Shown one piece after another: positions 29,429 to 38,773 of a stretch of 64,000 bases of DNA. The position numbers and the translations under genes were made by a program. Numbering within the stretch: position 1 is the first letter of the stretch; every line of letters starts with the position of its first letter. The notes below the pieces were generated by a model that worked only from the letters and a program-made list of their open reading frames with translations, was not told where the DNA came from and searched no databases. The stretch lies in the sequence record ON190025.1, one strand, 5' to 3'.

Positions 29429-30304
29429 ATGAAATTTAGCGAATATCAAAACGAGCTAACAGAAGCGTTTAACCGCGCTGCACCCATAACAGCACGGCGT
29501 GGTAATCAGAGTTACTTCGAAATAGACGGCGCAGAGTATATGATTGGTCTGTATTATGAAGAAGATCGCAAAGCTCTAGGCGTGGATTTTATGCATAAGC
29601 CAGCGGGTGCAATGTCTTACAATTACAGCCTAGCAAAGGGTGATTCTAAAGACGCGATGACTGTTTTCGCCACGGTTATTTCTGAAATTAAGCACGTGAT
29701 GCAAAACAACATCGTAAATCGAATCACATTCGCAGCATTTAATGACACAAATCGTTCTGATTCCCGTAAGCGTACTCGATTATACAAAAGAATGGCTGAA
29801 CGATTTGCCAAAGATTTAGGTTTCAAATTGAGAGTATCAAATGAATCTGAAGGTGCGTCATTCGTGATGGAACGAATCGTTCCTATTGAAGACCCAAAGC
29901 CTGTTTACACTGATAACCCGACTGGTTATGATACAGAAATGGGAACTGAATTGCTCGATTTACCTACAATCAACGACGCTGCTATTGTTAAAGTAACGGG
30001 TGGTGATGGTATTTGGTATCTTCGTGGCGGTCACTCGTTAAACATCGAAGCTGGTATTGTTGAACTTTCGGCAGGTAGCATCAATGATGATGTTGCTTGG
30101 TATAAATCATTTTACCCGTTAGAGTGGTATTATGAACCTGAAGACGAGCTTTTCTACGATGATGAGCAACGTATAGCAATGATTTCTGGTAAGATCTGGG
30201 TAATCAATGGAAATGAGATCACCGTTTGGAGTGATGTTAGTTCTCTTGAAGCCCAAAGTGATTCGAAATTGAGTCAAGCAACGTTAGAACGAATTGGTGC
30301 TTAA
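29429..30304 (+). CDS. capsid-targeted protein, paralogue 2
   Basis: MKFSEYQNELTE; VFATV...ITFAAF...RTRLYK; first 22 nt identical to 28507. Confidence 0.7.
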   Translation: MKFSEYQNELTEAFNRAAPITARRGNQSYFEIDGAEYMIGLYYEEDRKALGVDFMHKPAGAMSYNYSLAKGDSKDAMTVFATVISEIKHVMQNNIVNRITFAAFNDTNRSDSRKRTRLYKRMAERFAKDLGFKLRVSNESEGASFVMERIVPIEDPKPVYTDNPTGYDTEMGTELLDLPTINDAAIVKVTGGDGIWYLRGGHSLNIEAGIVELSAGSINDDVAWYKSFYPLEWYYEPEDELFYDDEQRIAMISGKIWVINGNEITVWSDVSSLEAQSDSKLSQATLERIGA

Positions 30305-30315
30305 ATTAAATACAG

Positions 30316-30340
30316 AAAGGTAGCTTCGGCTACCTTTTTT
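30316..30340 (+). terminator. intrinsic terminator (UUCG loop)
   Basis: AAAGGTAGC-TTCG-GCTACCTTT followed by T-run. Confidence 0.85.
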
Positions 30341-30362
30341 CGTTTTAGAGCAAAAAAAACGG

Positions 30363-30391
30363 TTGCATGAATTTCACGAAACGCCTATTAT
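30363..30391 (+). promoter_or_regulatory. early promoter
   Basis: TTGCAT -17- TATTAT, then AGCTACATCGAAACGACATCGACTA identical to the 16893 cassette. Confidence 0.75.
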
Positions 30392-30435
30392 AGCTACATC
30401 GAAACGACATCGACTACTAACAAAGAGAGAACATT

Positions 30436-30630
30436 ATGAAAGCACGCATCAATCAAGGTTTTGGCAAATACACTGAAGTTGAAATCGTTTCACACGACGA
30501 AAACTCAGTAAACCGTCTTGGTAACAAAGACAACTACACTGTTAGAATCACAGGCGGTGTTGACTGTTTCGGCAAACCTGCTAAAATCGGTGCTGTTCAG
30601 ACAGTTCAAGCATCAAACATCGAATTTTAA
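30436..30630 (+). CDS. hypothetical early protein
   Basis: ORF with GAGAG SD. Confidence 0.65.
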   Translation: MKARINQGFGKYTEVEIVSHDENSVNRLGNKDNYTVRITGGVDCFGKPAKIGAVQTVQASNIEF

Positions 30631-30642
30631 GAGGTAACAAAC

Positions 30643-30942
30643 ATGGATATTACTGGTAAGTTAGAACTATCAATGAAGCAGTTTGTGAACACAGGGTTCA
30701 ACCCGAATAAAACTCACATTCTAGTTGGTCAAGCAAGCGGTCACTCAATCGAGCGATTCAATGACGCAGGCGAAATCATGACTTCTAATGTCATGTATGT
30801 TGAAATCAATGGCGGTATTGTGTATGCTGTGACGCACTCTAAGAGTCGTTATCAACTAACCAACGTGTCTTTTGACGAGATTACGCAAATGATTAAAGAC
30901 GCTGCTGAACGCGGTATTAACATTCCGCTTTACAACAACTAG
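30643..30942 (+). CDS. hypothetical protein
   Basis: GAGG SD. Confidence 0.65.
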   Translation: MDITGKLELSMKQFVNTGFNPNKTHILVGQASGHSIERFNDAGEIMTSNVMYVEINGGIVYAVTHSKSRYQLTNVSFDEITQMIKDAAERGINIPLYNN

Positions 30943-31003
30943 AAATTCTGCTTTAATACAAACGAATTCACTATTTTTGATTACTTTTTGAGAGAAATAT
31001 ATT

Positions 31004-31321
31004 ATGACTACATTCAACGTTAACTTCACTGCTGCAATCGAACTTACTTCTAAAGAATTCGTTGAGACGAATCGCATCAAAGGTCGTTTCTTCAATTCAA
31101 TGGTTGGTCATGAGCAAGGCGAGCACGCATTAACTGCGCCGATTGAATCATTCAAAGTAATCGACAACAAAGTATACGCAGAGACGCGCAACGCAGTATA
31201 TCACATTCGTAACCTATCTGCTGTTGCTCTTGCTGACTTCAACACAATCAACGCACCAGTTTACGTAAAAAAAGCTGATGCGCAGTTTGATGAACTAGTT
31301 AAATCTGCTCTGTTATCGTAA
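31004..31321 (+). CDS. hypothetical protein
   Basis: GAGAG SD. Confidence 0.65.
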   Translation: MTTFNVNFTAAIELTSKEFVETNRIKGRFFNSMVGHEQGEHALTAPIESFKVIDNKVYAETRNAVYHIRNLSAVALADFNTINAPVYVKKADAQFDELVKSALLS

Positions 31322-31773
31322 TGTACCCGAAGAATAAAAGCTATTATGACTTGGTGTATCTTGACATCGCCAAGTCATTTGCTAAGAAAAGCACCTGCAA
31401 GCAGAAGCAAGTAGGTGCTGTCATCGTCAAGAATGATCGTATTATCTCACACGGTTACAATGGTGTTCCTGCGGGTGTGACACACTGTAACAAAATCGAA
31501 GACTATGGCGATTTATCACATCGCGAATGGTCAGAAATTCACGAGATACATGCGGAACAAAACGCGATTTGCTACGCTGCACGCGCTGGCATATCTACTG
31601 AAGGCGCGACTATGTATGTTACAACGTCGCCGTGTCATAACTGTGCCAAGCTGATAGTCGCGGCTGGTATCAAAATTCTCATTGTAGGTTCGATTTACAG
31701 CGGTTCACAACCCGATTGGTGGCATTGGCTAGATGCTCGTGGTGTGAAAGTTATTATGTTCGAAGACGAATAA
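31321..31773 (+). CDS. cd: dCMP deaminase
   Basis: QVGAVIV, GYNG, HAEQNAI, SPCHNCAK. Confidence 0.9.
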   Translation: MYPKNKSYYDLVYLDIAKSFAKKSTCKQKQVGAVIVKNDRIISHGYNGVPAGVTHCNKIEDYGDLSHREWSEIHEIHAEQNAICYAARAGISTEGATMYVTTSPCHNCAKLIVAAGIKILIVGSIYSGSQPDWWHWLDARGVKVIMFEDE

Positions 31774-31827
31774 TGTTTAATATAAGTAATTCGGACTTAT
31801 AATAGAGCTTTAACAAGAGAGAAACAT

Positions 31828-32760
31828 ATGAAAAGTACAATGTTTTTAAACAACATCACATGCATCGATCACGCATACGTTGATGAAAACGGTAAAATTA
31901 ACGGTATGAGTTACAATCTATGTGTTGAAATCACCGGCGAAGTAGATGAAACTGAGCAAGTCGTAATTGACTTCAGCGGTTGCAAGAAAGCGATCAAGCA
32001 GTTAGTAGACGAATCTGAACACGCAATTGATCACCGTCTAGTTCTTGTCAACGGATACAGTGAATATGTGTTAAGCGATATTGAAAATCGTGACCGTACA
32101 CAAATCGACTCTCCGTTATTCACTGCTGTTTCGTCTGTCAATGACTGGTATCAAGAGATCGTCGATTTATCGCTATTCGATACTGATCTTCACATCCCGT
32201 CGGATACGCTGTACATGAACTATCTAACCGAGTATCTTGAAAATATGTTGCTGAAGCAGCTTAAACTACAAGGCTATCCGGTCACACACGTCACTGTAGA
32301 GCTTTCAGAGAGCTTTGACTTGCCATCATGGGCAAACACGCACGTTTCATTTCATTACGCTCATGGCTTGCGTTCTAGCTCTTCTTATGGGTGTCAGAAC
32401 ATTGCACATGGACATCGTTCGTTCATTGCAGTTGATGCCATGTTAAACAGTCGTGGTCGCAAAGTACTAAAGCGCATTGCTGAAGAAATGAGCGGCTACA
32501 TCGTATGGAACGACAATCTAACTGCGGAAGGTGCGGTAGCGTATTGTTCACAGCGTGGTAATTTCTATTTGAACATCGATTCAGAAGAAACAATCGTAAT
32601 CAACACTGAAACTACAGTTGAAAATCTCGCGAACTACATTGCAAAAACATACGAAGACGAGTTTCAGCGTATGGGTGTACAGCGTGTATGGGTATCTGAA
32701 GGTCTTTCGAAAGGCGCAGTCGTTGACATCAAAATCAACAAAGAATTACTCTATAAGTAA
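31828..32760 (+). CDS. queD: QueD-like 6-carboxytetrahydropterin synthase, tandem T-fold
   Basis: IDFSGCKKAIK..IDH, HYAHGL...AHGHRSF, TTVENL; adjacent to folE. Confidence 0.75.
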   Translation: MKSTMFLNNITCIDHAYVDENGKINGMSYNLCVEITGEVDETEQVVIDFSGCKKAIKQLVDESEHAIDHRLVLVNGYSEYVLSDIENRDRTQIDSPLFTAVSSVNDWYQEIVDLSLFDTDLHIPSDTLYMNYLTEYLENMLLKQLKLQGYPVTHVTVELSESFDLPSWANTHVSFHYAHGLRSSSSYGCQNIAHGHRSFIAVDAMLNSRGRKVLKRIAEEMSGYIVWNDNLTAEGAVAYCSQRGNFYLNIDSEETIVINTETTVENLANYIAKTYEDEFQRMGVQRVWVSEGLSKGAVVDIKINKELLYK

Positions 32761-32776
32761 TCAACAATTAATGTTT

Positions 32777-32800
32777 AGTAGCACGCTTCGGCGTGCTATT
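32777..32800 (+). promoter_or_regulatory. UUCG hairpin between queD and folE without an adjacent U-tract
   Basis: AGTAGCACGC-TTCG-GCGTGCTATT. Confidence 0.55.
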
Positions 32801-32827
32801 ATTGTTTTCTGACTAAGAGGAAATAGA

Positions 32828-33496
32828 ATGTTAGACAAAAATAAAGTAGATCCAATTCTTGGACAAAAAGTTGAAGCGCATCTTCGTGAAATCGGAATGC
32901 ACACGCCGACTGTTGAAAACGGTCTAACTGATGATGAAAAGAAAGTAATTCTTGAAGATCGATTCACTGACATCATGCAAGCTCTAGGTCTTGACCTTAC
33001 TGACGATTCACTTGTTGATACACCGAAGCGTTGGGCTAAGATGATGGTCAATGAACTCATGAGCGGTCTATCACCAGATATGTTCCCTAAATGTACTGCT
33101 GTAGACAACAAAATGAACTACGATCAGATGGTTTGTGAAAAAGGCATTACTGTTCTTTCACAATGTGAGCATCACATTGTAACAATCGACGGCTTTGCAA
33201 CAGTTGCATATATCCCAAATAAGAAAGTACTTGGTCTTTCTAAGATGAATCGCATCGTCGAGTACTTTGCTCGACGCCCACAGATTCAAGAGCGTTTGAC
33301 TGTTCAAATCGCTGAAGCACTGAAGTTCATTCTTGAAACAGAAGATGTTGCAGTACTAATCGATGCCAAACACTATTGCGTCAAGGCACGCGGTGTTGAA
33401 GACAACAACTCAAGCACTGTTACAAGTCACCTATCAGGTGCATTTCGTACCGAACCAGAAGCACGCGCCGAATTCATGTCTCTAGCACGAGGGTAA
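32828..33496 (+). CDS. folE: GTP cyclohydrolase I
   Basis: DTPKRWAKM, SQCEHH, GLSKMNR, RPQIQERLT, HYCVKARG. Confidence 0.95.
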   Translation: MLDKNKVDPILGQKVEAHLREIGMHTPTVENGLTDDEKKVILEDRFTDIMQALGLDLTDDSLVDTPKRWAKMMVNELMSGLSPDMFPKCTAVDNKMNYDQMVCEKGITVLSQCEHHIVTIDGFATVAYIPNKKVLGLSKMNRIVEYFARRPQIQERLTVQIAEALKFILETEDVAVLIDAKHYCVKARGVEDNNSSTVTSHLSGAFRTEPEARAEFMSLARG

Positions 33497-34876
33497 TTGA
33501 TGATAATTGAATACGTTATGTCTGCGACGGGTCATGCTCGTCTTGGTGCAGCACATAAACTAATGGACGTGGTTGACACGTCCTATTTGCGTAAAATACT
33601 AGACACAGCACAAGATCTCGACGGTGTTCATAAAATCAGTATGTTGTATAACGCATACACTGAAAAGAAAGTCGGTAAGCAAATTAAAGACTTGTTCGGT
33701 GATTCTGTATACAAGATTCATGTCGATTCTGGCGGTCTTCAGATTGTTAACTTAGGTCTAGAGAATACACCAGAACTTCGTAAAGCAGTTTACGAGAATC
33801 AAGCAGAGTCTGGTGATATTGGCATGTGTTTCGATGAAATCCCGTTGCATAATGAAGCACAAGGTGGTGGTTCTGCTCGTATCAACACGAAAGACAAGGT
33901 CTTCATGTATGATCTAGCGTACAAATACGGTGTTAAAACAGGTAAGAACATACGCGCTCAGATTGAAACATATCTTGAGAAAGAAAGCGATTGTAAACCG
34001 TACATAATCTTACAAGGCAACTCAGACGATGACTTTAAGGCATTCAGTGATGGTATAATGTCACAACTTGAAGGCGTTGAGCATCACATTGCTGGTTGTG
34101 CTGCTGCCGATACATGTATTGGTAATGGCGTACGTGAGTCTATTGACATGATGAGTGTCATTCCGAAGCTCAATATCCCAGATAAAGCAAAGAAATCTGT
34201 GCATATGCTAGGTGTCGGTTCTGTTAAGCGATTGTTGCCTGCTGTAGCTCTTATCAGAAGCGGTTATTTCGGTGACGATTTTCACATTAGCTACGACTCA
34301 TCAACTCACACTGGTTGTTTAACCAATCGTGAATACACAGATAAGCTCGGTCGTCGTCGTAAGATCTCAGGTCACGGTATCTTTAAAGATGGTAAGAAAT
34401 TACCGTCGCGTGAACTAGATGAAATGCTAGATGAAGTGTGGGGTCGTTTCGGTCATGTGTTACCTCGGGGTAAAGAAGAGTTCAAAGAGTTCGCAACACG
34501 ATTGTGGTTGAAAGAACTCGACAAAGAAACGATGACAGACGAAGATATTGTGTTTGAAGTTGCTTGTAATATGTGTATAATCTTATCACAAGTCAATAAT
34601 TTCCAAGCAATCATCTCCGAAACTCTTGACTTGAATACACCGAAAGCAGTTGACTTATCATCATTCTTCGGCGGGGTTGTAGAAGAAAAAGAACCACAAG
34701 AAGGGTTTAAGAAATGGTCTTCGATTCGTCGTCTAGACGTTTTAGATAAACTACTTGATGTGAAAGACGTTGCTGCATATCAGCGATGGCACGCAAGTCA
34801 TATTGACAAGCTACCATCTATGCGTATTCGTCGCGGTACAACTGCTGAATTCCCAGCTTTCAAAGAACAAGAATAA
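33497..34876 (+). CDS. dpdA: TGT-like DNA 7-deazaguanine transglycosylase (DpdA2-type)
   Basis: VDSGGLQ, CFDEIP, ILQGN, HMLGVG, SYDSSTH; embedded in the preQ0 pathway cluster. Confidence 0.75.
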   Translation: MMIIEYVMSATGHARLGAAHKLMDVVDTSYLRKILDTAQDLDGVHKISMLYNAYTEKKVGKQIKDLFGDSVYKIHVDSGGLQIVNLGLENTPELRKAVYENQAESGDIGMCFDEIPLHNEAQGGGSARINTKDKVFMYDLAYKYGVKTGKNIRAQIETYLEKESDCKPYIILQGNSDDDFKAFSDGIMSQLEGVEHHIAGCAAADTCIGNGVRESIDMMSVIPKLNIPDKAKKSVHMLGVGSVKRLLPAVALIRSGYFGDDFHISYDSSTHTGCLTNREYTDKLGRRRKISGHGIFKDGKKLPSRELDEMLDEVWGRFGHVLPRGKEEFKEFATRLWLKELDKETMTDEDIVFEVACNMCIILSQVNNFQAIISETLDLNTPKAVDLSSFFGGVVEEKEPQEGFKKWSSIRRLDVLDKLLDVKDVAAYQRWHASHIDKLPSMRIRRGTTAEFPAFKEQE

Positions 34877-34877
34877 T

Positions 34878-34915
34878 AAAATGGGTTGACAATTGTCAAC
34901 CCATTTTTGTATAAT
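34878..34915 (+). promoter_or_regulatory. 30-bp perfect palindrome acting as terminator and early promoter
   Basis: AAAATGGGTTGACAA|TTGTCAACCCATTTT; TTGACA (34886) -18- TATAAT (34910). Confidence 0.75.
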
Positions 34916-34946
34916 GCATATTGGTTACATTTAAGAGAAAAATATA

Positions 34947-36605
34947 ATGAGTAAAAGCGATTACTATGTGTATCTGTTAATAGACCCTCGAACAAATAAA
35001 GTATTTTATGTAGGAAAGGGTAGGAATGAACGTGCTAAGTTTCACGAATCCGAAGTTCGTCGAGATATTTCAAGCAACCGAGTACTAAATTCAGCAAAGA
35101 AAAAAGAAATTAACGACATCATCAAGAGTGGTTATGATGTCGTTATTAAAATAGTCAAAGACAATTTAACTGAAGATCTTGCATTCGGTATCGAATCGAA
35201 TCTCATTGAATCATTTGGTATCGAAAATCTATCAAATGCAGTGCGCGGGCATCATAGAGAAAATTGCGAGCGTTTTAAACTGTCAATGTCATTCGACTCT
35301 GAATTGTCATCTATATATACAACAACACTGTACAACGTATTCAATCGAGCATTTTCGAATGACTACAATGGTAATAAGTGTCAATCTCATTTAATTTCAA
35401 ATCATAATGTACTAAGAACAATGCTCAAAGCAGTCAACATGATTGACAATGACGGTATGTGGCGTAACACATCGCGTACAGTATTATGTGTTGAATGTAT
35501 TGAAGTTGTTTACCTTGCATATATGTTAGGTGCAGATATGAGTAAGATAACATTTGCCACATCGTCATTGAAAAAAATTGAATGGGTTTCAGAACGATTC
35601 GGTATTAGAACACAATACAATGTATTAGGAGCAGTCATGGAAAAATTTGACGTGTGTATTATGAATCCACCATACGAACGAACACAAGGGAAACTGTTTG
35701 TTGAGAAATGCATGGAATATGCGCATGAAGGTGTTATCATCGGGTTAGCTAACTTAGTTATGGACTATTGCAAATACACACGCGGTACGTCGCAGAAAAA
35801 CCCAGCGCAAAACTTTTCACAAACGTTATTAGATCGTTCGCGTGAAATTTACATGACGAATAACACGCTCGTAGACGGCACGACTATTTTCAGCGCAAAC
35901 ATGAAGAACATGATTATAATTGCCTCATGGGATGCAAATGAGACAAATTCAACAAAAGTAATCAACTATCAAACGGGCAAGCAAACTGTTGTGAAACGAG
36001 GTGAACGAGTCTCTTTCTTATTAGATCAAAAGAACAAAGAAATAGTTGATTCCCTGCACGAAATATTCAAAGAACGTAAGCCTTTAATTGCTGACGATAA
36101 TGTACAACTTTTCCAAAAAGGTCGTATCGTTGATAATGAACGTTTCAAAGGTATCAACTCGATCACGTACCCGATTCATGTTCAACTATGTTCTGCCGAA
36201 ACATCACCGGCGTCTGGTGGAGATAAAACGACTCAAATCGGTGCGTTAGATAGTGTATCTGCGATGATGTTTAACAAAACATTCACTCATGATAAAATAA
36301 ACAACTACAAAGACATTCAATCACGCATTGAAGAAGAACAAAGAACAATCAAACGTGGTAGTTGCGAGAATAACCCGTTAATTGCCGCCTTCAAAACAGA
36401 AGAAGATGCTAAACGAATGTTCGATTGGTTTAAAAACCCATTGATATGTCTATACGCTCTTCATACTGATTATATGCAACACGGGTATGGTATCAATACA
36501 GTCCCTATGCCATTCTGTACAATCGAAGAATTGATTGATATGGCGGGGTTGACACAAGAACACATAGAATACGCACAAAAAGCATATGAGGGTTATGCGG
36601 AATGA
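34947..36605 (+). CDS. GIY-YIG nuclease fused to the catalytic (NPPY) half of an N6-adenine methyltransferase and a putative target-recognition region
   Basis: YVYLLIDPRTNKVFYVGKG..R...H, E..LIE..G...L.N; FDVCIMNPPY; no canonical FxGxG. Confidence 0.7.
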   Translation: MSKSDYYVYLLIDPRTNKVFYVGKGRNERAKFHESEVRRDISSNRVLNSAKKKEINDIIKSGYDVVIKIVKDNLTEDLAFGIESNLIESFGIENLSNAVRGHHRENCERFKLSMSFDSELSSIYTTTLYNVFNRAFSNDYNGNKCQSHLISNHNVLRTMLKAVNMIDNDGMWRNTSRTVLCVECIEVVYLAYMLGADMSKITFATSSLKKIEWVSERFGIRTQYNVLGAVMEKFDVCIMNPPYERTQGKLFVEKCMEYAHEGVIIGLANLVMDYCKYTRGTSQKNPAQNFSQTLLDRSREIYMTNNTLVDGTTIFSANMKNMIIIASWDANETNSTKVINYQTGKQTVVKRGERVSFLLDQKNKEIVDSLHEIFKERKPLIADDNVQLFQKGRIVDNERFKGINSITYPIHVQLCSAETSPASGGDKTTQIGALDSVSAMMFNKTFTHDKINNYKDIQSRIEEEQRTIKRGSCENNPLIAAFKTEEDAKRMFDWFKNPLICLYALHTDYMQHGYGINTVPMPFCTIEELIDMAGLTQEHIEYAQKAYEGYAE

Positions 36606-37090
36606 CATACAGCGATACGAATCGTTATTCAGATGATGTTAGCTTAGAGCGTCGAAAGAAGACAGGTGAAGTATTCACCCCTCTGAATTTCGTTGATTTC
36701 ATGATCGATCAAAAAAAGCATTTACTGGAAGCTGGTAAGACATGGTTCGAGCCAAGCTTTGGTGACGGTAATATAGTTTGTCGTATAATCGAACGCAAAA
36801 TTGATATCGGCGTCGAACCATTACAAGCAGTTCGAGATGTATACGGTTGTGAATATATGAAAGACAATTATGAGTGTACTCTTCAGAGAATACGTGATAT
36901 AGTAGGCGAGTCCGATGAACTCGAAGAGATAATGTCTAATAATCTAGCATTTTGCAACACGTTAGACAAAAACGACCGAAGCGAGGGTCGTGAATGGCCT
37001 TCTTGGTTGTTGCAGCTAGACAGAAAATGTTTAAGAGAATCAGGCGGACTTGCGAGTTTTTTCGATTCAAATAATGAAGGTAAAAATTAA
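36602..37090 (+). CDS. SAM-binding half of a gamma-class N6-adenine methyltransferase
   Basis: Motif X GEVFTP, motif I FEPSFGDGN, motif II YGCEY, motif III CNTL; no NPPY. Confidence 0.7.
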   Translation: MTYSDTNRYSDDVSLERRKKTGEVFTPLNFVDFMIDQKKHLLEAGKTWFEPSFGDGNIVCRIIERKIDIGVEPLQAVRDVYGCEYMKDNYECTLQRIRDIVGESDELEEIMSNNLAFCNTLDKNDRSEGREWPSWLLQLDRKCLRESGGLASFFDSNNEGKN

Positions 37091-38001
37091 TGACATCTAA
37101 TTATGATGAAGTATCAGCTATTGCGGCTGAGCATTTAGGTAAAAAAGCTGGCGATTACAGCGATTTCGTTAATATCGTAGACGTTCGACCAGATTTACTT
37201 GTACCAATCCCGCGTGAGCTAAATCGAACTGATTACGGTATCACAAACGAAGACTTTGCAGGGTTTGATACATGGCATGGCTTCGAAGTATCGGCACTGA
37301 CTGAACAAGGTCTGCCTGTATCTGGTATGGCGAAAGTCGTATACCCGAGCGATTCACCGAATATCGTTGAAAGTAAATCAATGAAACTGTATTGGAACAG
37401 TTTCAACATGGCAAAAGTCGCTGCGACTCGTGCTGAAGTACAAGGTGCAATTGAAGCTATCGCGTCGCGTGATCTATCTGAAGTCATCGGTGCTGAAGTA
37501 CAAGTGAGCTTCTTCACAGTCAGATCAACACAACCGCACGGTATGACAGGGTATGCAGAACTCGACAAATACGTATCTGAAGACACTGTATTCGACTCAG
37601 AAAGCGGTGCAGATGCTGATTTACTGCAAGAATCTCACGTGAAGCGCATGAAAGTGTTCACGCCGAATCTACGTTCTAACTGTCGCGTGACGCATCAACC
37701 AGATTTCGGTGATCTGTATGTATACATGAAAGGTGAAAAAACACCAACTATTGACAGTCTCATGCAATACATCGTGTCATTCCGTAAAGAGAATCATTTC
37801 CATGAAGAATGTGTTGAAATGATTTACAAAGCGTTACTTGATAAGTTCGACCCACAAGAGCTTATGGTAACAGCGTTATACACACGTCGCGGCGGTTGGA
37901 ATATCTGCCCAGCACGTGCAACGCATGAAGAACTACTACCAGAAGCACTTGGTAGTGAAGTTGTCTCGCACACTAACGGAAGTTGTTTATTCCGTCAGTA
38001 A
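37090..38001 (+). CDS. queF: preQ0 reductase, bimodular E. coli-type QueF
   Basis: VESKSMKLYWNSFN, RSNCRVTHQPD, ENHFHEECVE, YTRRGG. Confidence 0.9.
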   Translation: MTSNYDEVSAIAAEHLGKKAGDYSDFVNIVDVRPDLLVPIPRELNRTDYGITNEDFAGFDTWHGFEVSALTEQGLPVSGMAKVVYPSDSPNIVESKSMKLYWNSFNMAKVAATRAEVQGAIEAIASRDLSEVIGAEVQVSFFTVRSTQPHGMTGYAELDKYVSEDTVFDSESGADADLLQESHVKRMKVFTPNLRSNCRVTHQPDFGDLYVYMKGEKTPTIDSLMQYIVSFRKENHFHEECVEMIYKALLDKFDPQELMVTALYTRRGGWNICPARATHEELLPEALGSEVVSHTNGSCLFRQ

Positions 38002-38056
38002 TAAGAGCTATGATGAGTGTTCAATTGTGAGCACTCATATACTTGAGAGGTTAAAA

Positions 38057-38773
38057 ATGAAAGTAGTATCTGTTCTAAGCGGTGGCTTGGACTCAACAAT
38101 CCTTACGTACAAACTAGTAGATGAATACGGCAAAGACAATGTGTTTGCATTATCGTTCTACTACGGTCAAAAACAGTCAATTGAGCTAGAAAAAGCTAAA
38201 TTGACTTGTCAAAAGCTCGGTATCGAGCATCGTCTAATCGACATCTCATTCTTAGGTGAAGTGGTAGCACCTGTATGTGCAAATATCGCTGGTTCAGATG
38301 TTGCTATGCCAACTATTCAAGACGTTCTAGGCGACCCTCAACCGCCAACTGAAGTTCCATATCGTAATATGCTATTGAACACAATCGCGTTCTCATTCGC
38401 GCAAGCAAATGGCTGTGCAGCGGTTTTTACTGGCATTCAAGTGCATGACGCATACGGTTACTGGGACTGCACACAAGACTTTCTTGACGGCATGAACAAT
38501 CTATCTGCACTGAATCGTCAACACGAGATTGCATTACTTGCTCCGTTCGCTCGTATGTCAAAGGCAGATGAAATCGCTATTGGTGTTAAGCTCGGTGTAC
38601 CGTTTGAAGATAGTCTAACGTGTTACGACCCTAACGAAGCAGGTGAAAGCTGTGGTAAATGTCCGTCATGTGCTGAACGCATCATGAACTTCGGTAAAGC
38701 GGGTATTAAAGACCCAGCACCTTACTCGATTGATATCCCATGGGAACAAGTATTTGCTAAGGCAGGTCATTAA
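38057..38773 (+). CDS. queC: 7-cyano-7-deazaguanine synthase
   Basis: LSGGLDST, YGQK, VPYRN, YWDC, TCY, CGKCPSCAER. Confidence 0.95.
   Translation: MKVVSVLSGGLDSTILTYKLVDEYGKDNVFALSFYYGQKQSIELEKAKLTCQKLGIEHRLIDISFLGEVVAPVCANIAGSDVAMPTIQDVLGDPQPPTEVPYRNMLLNTIAFSFAQANGCAAVFTGIQVHDAYGYWDCTQDFLDGMNNLSALNRQHEIALLAPFARMSKADEIAIGVKLGVPFEDSLTCYDPNEAGESCGKCPSCAERIMNFGKAGIKDPAPYSIDIPWEQVFAKAGH

Noticed and set aside
34884-34901. matS-like (GTGACRNYGTCAC) site
   Set aside because: GTTGACAATTGTCAAC does not fit the consensus; explained by the terminator/promoter palindrome.
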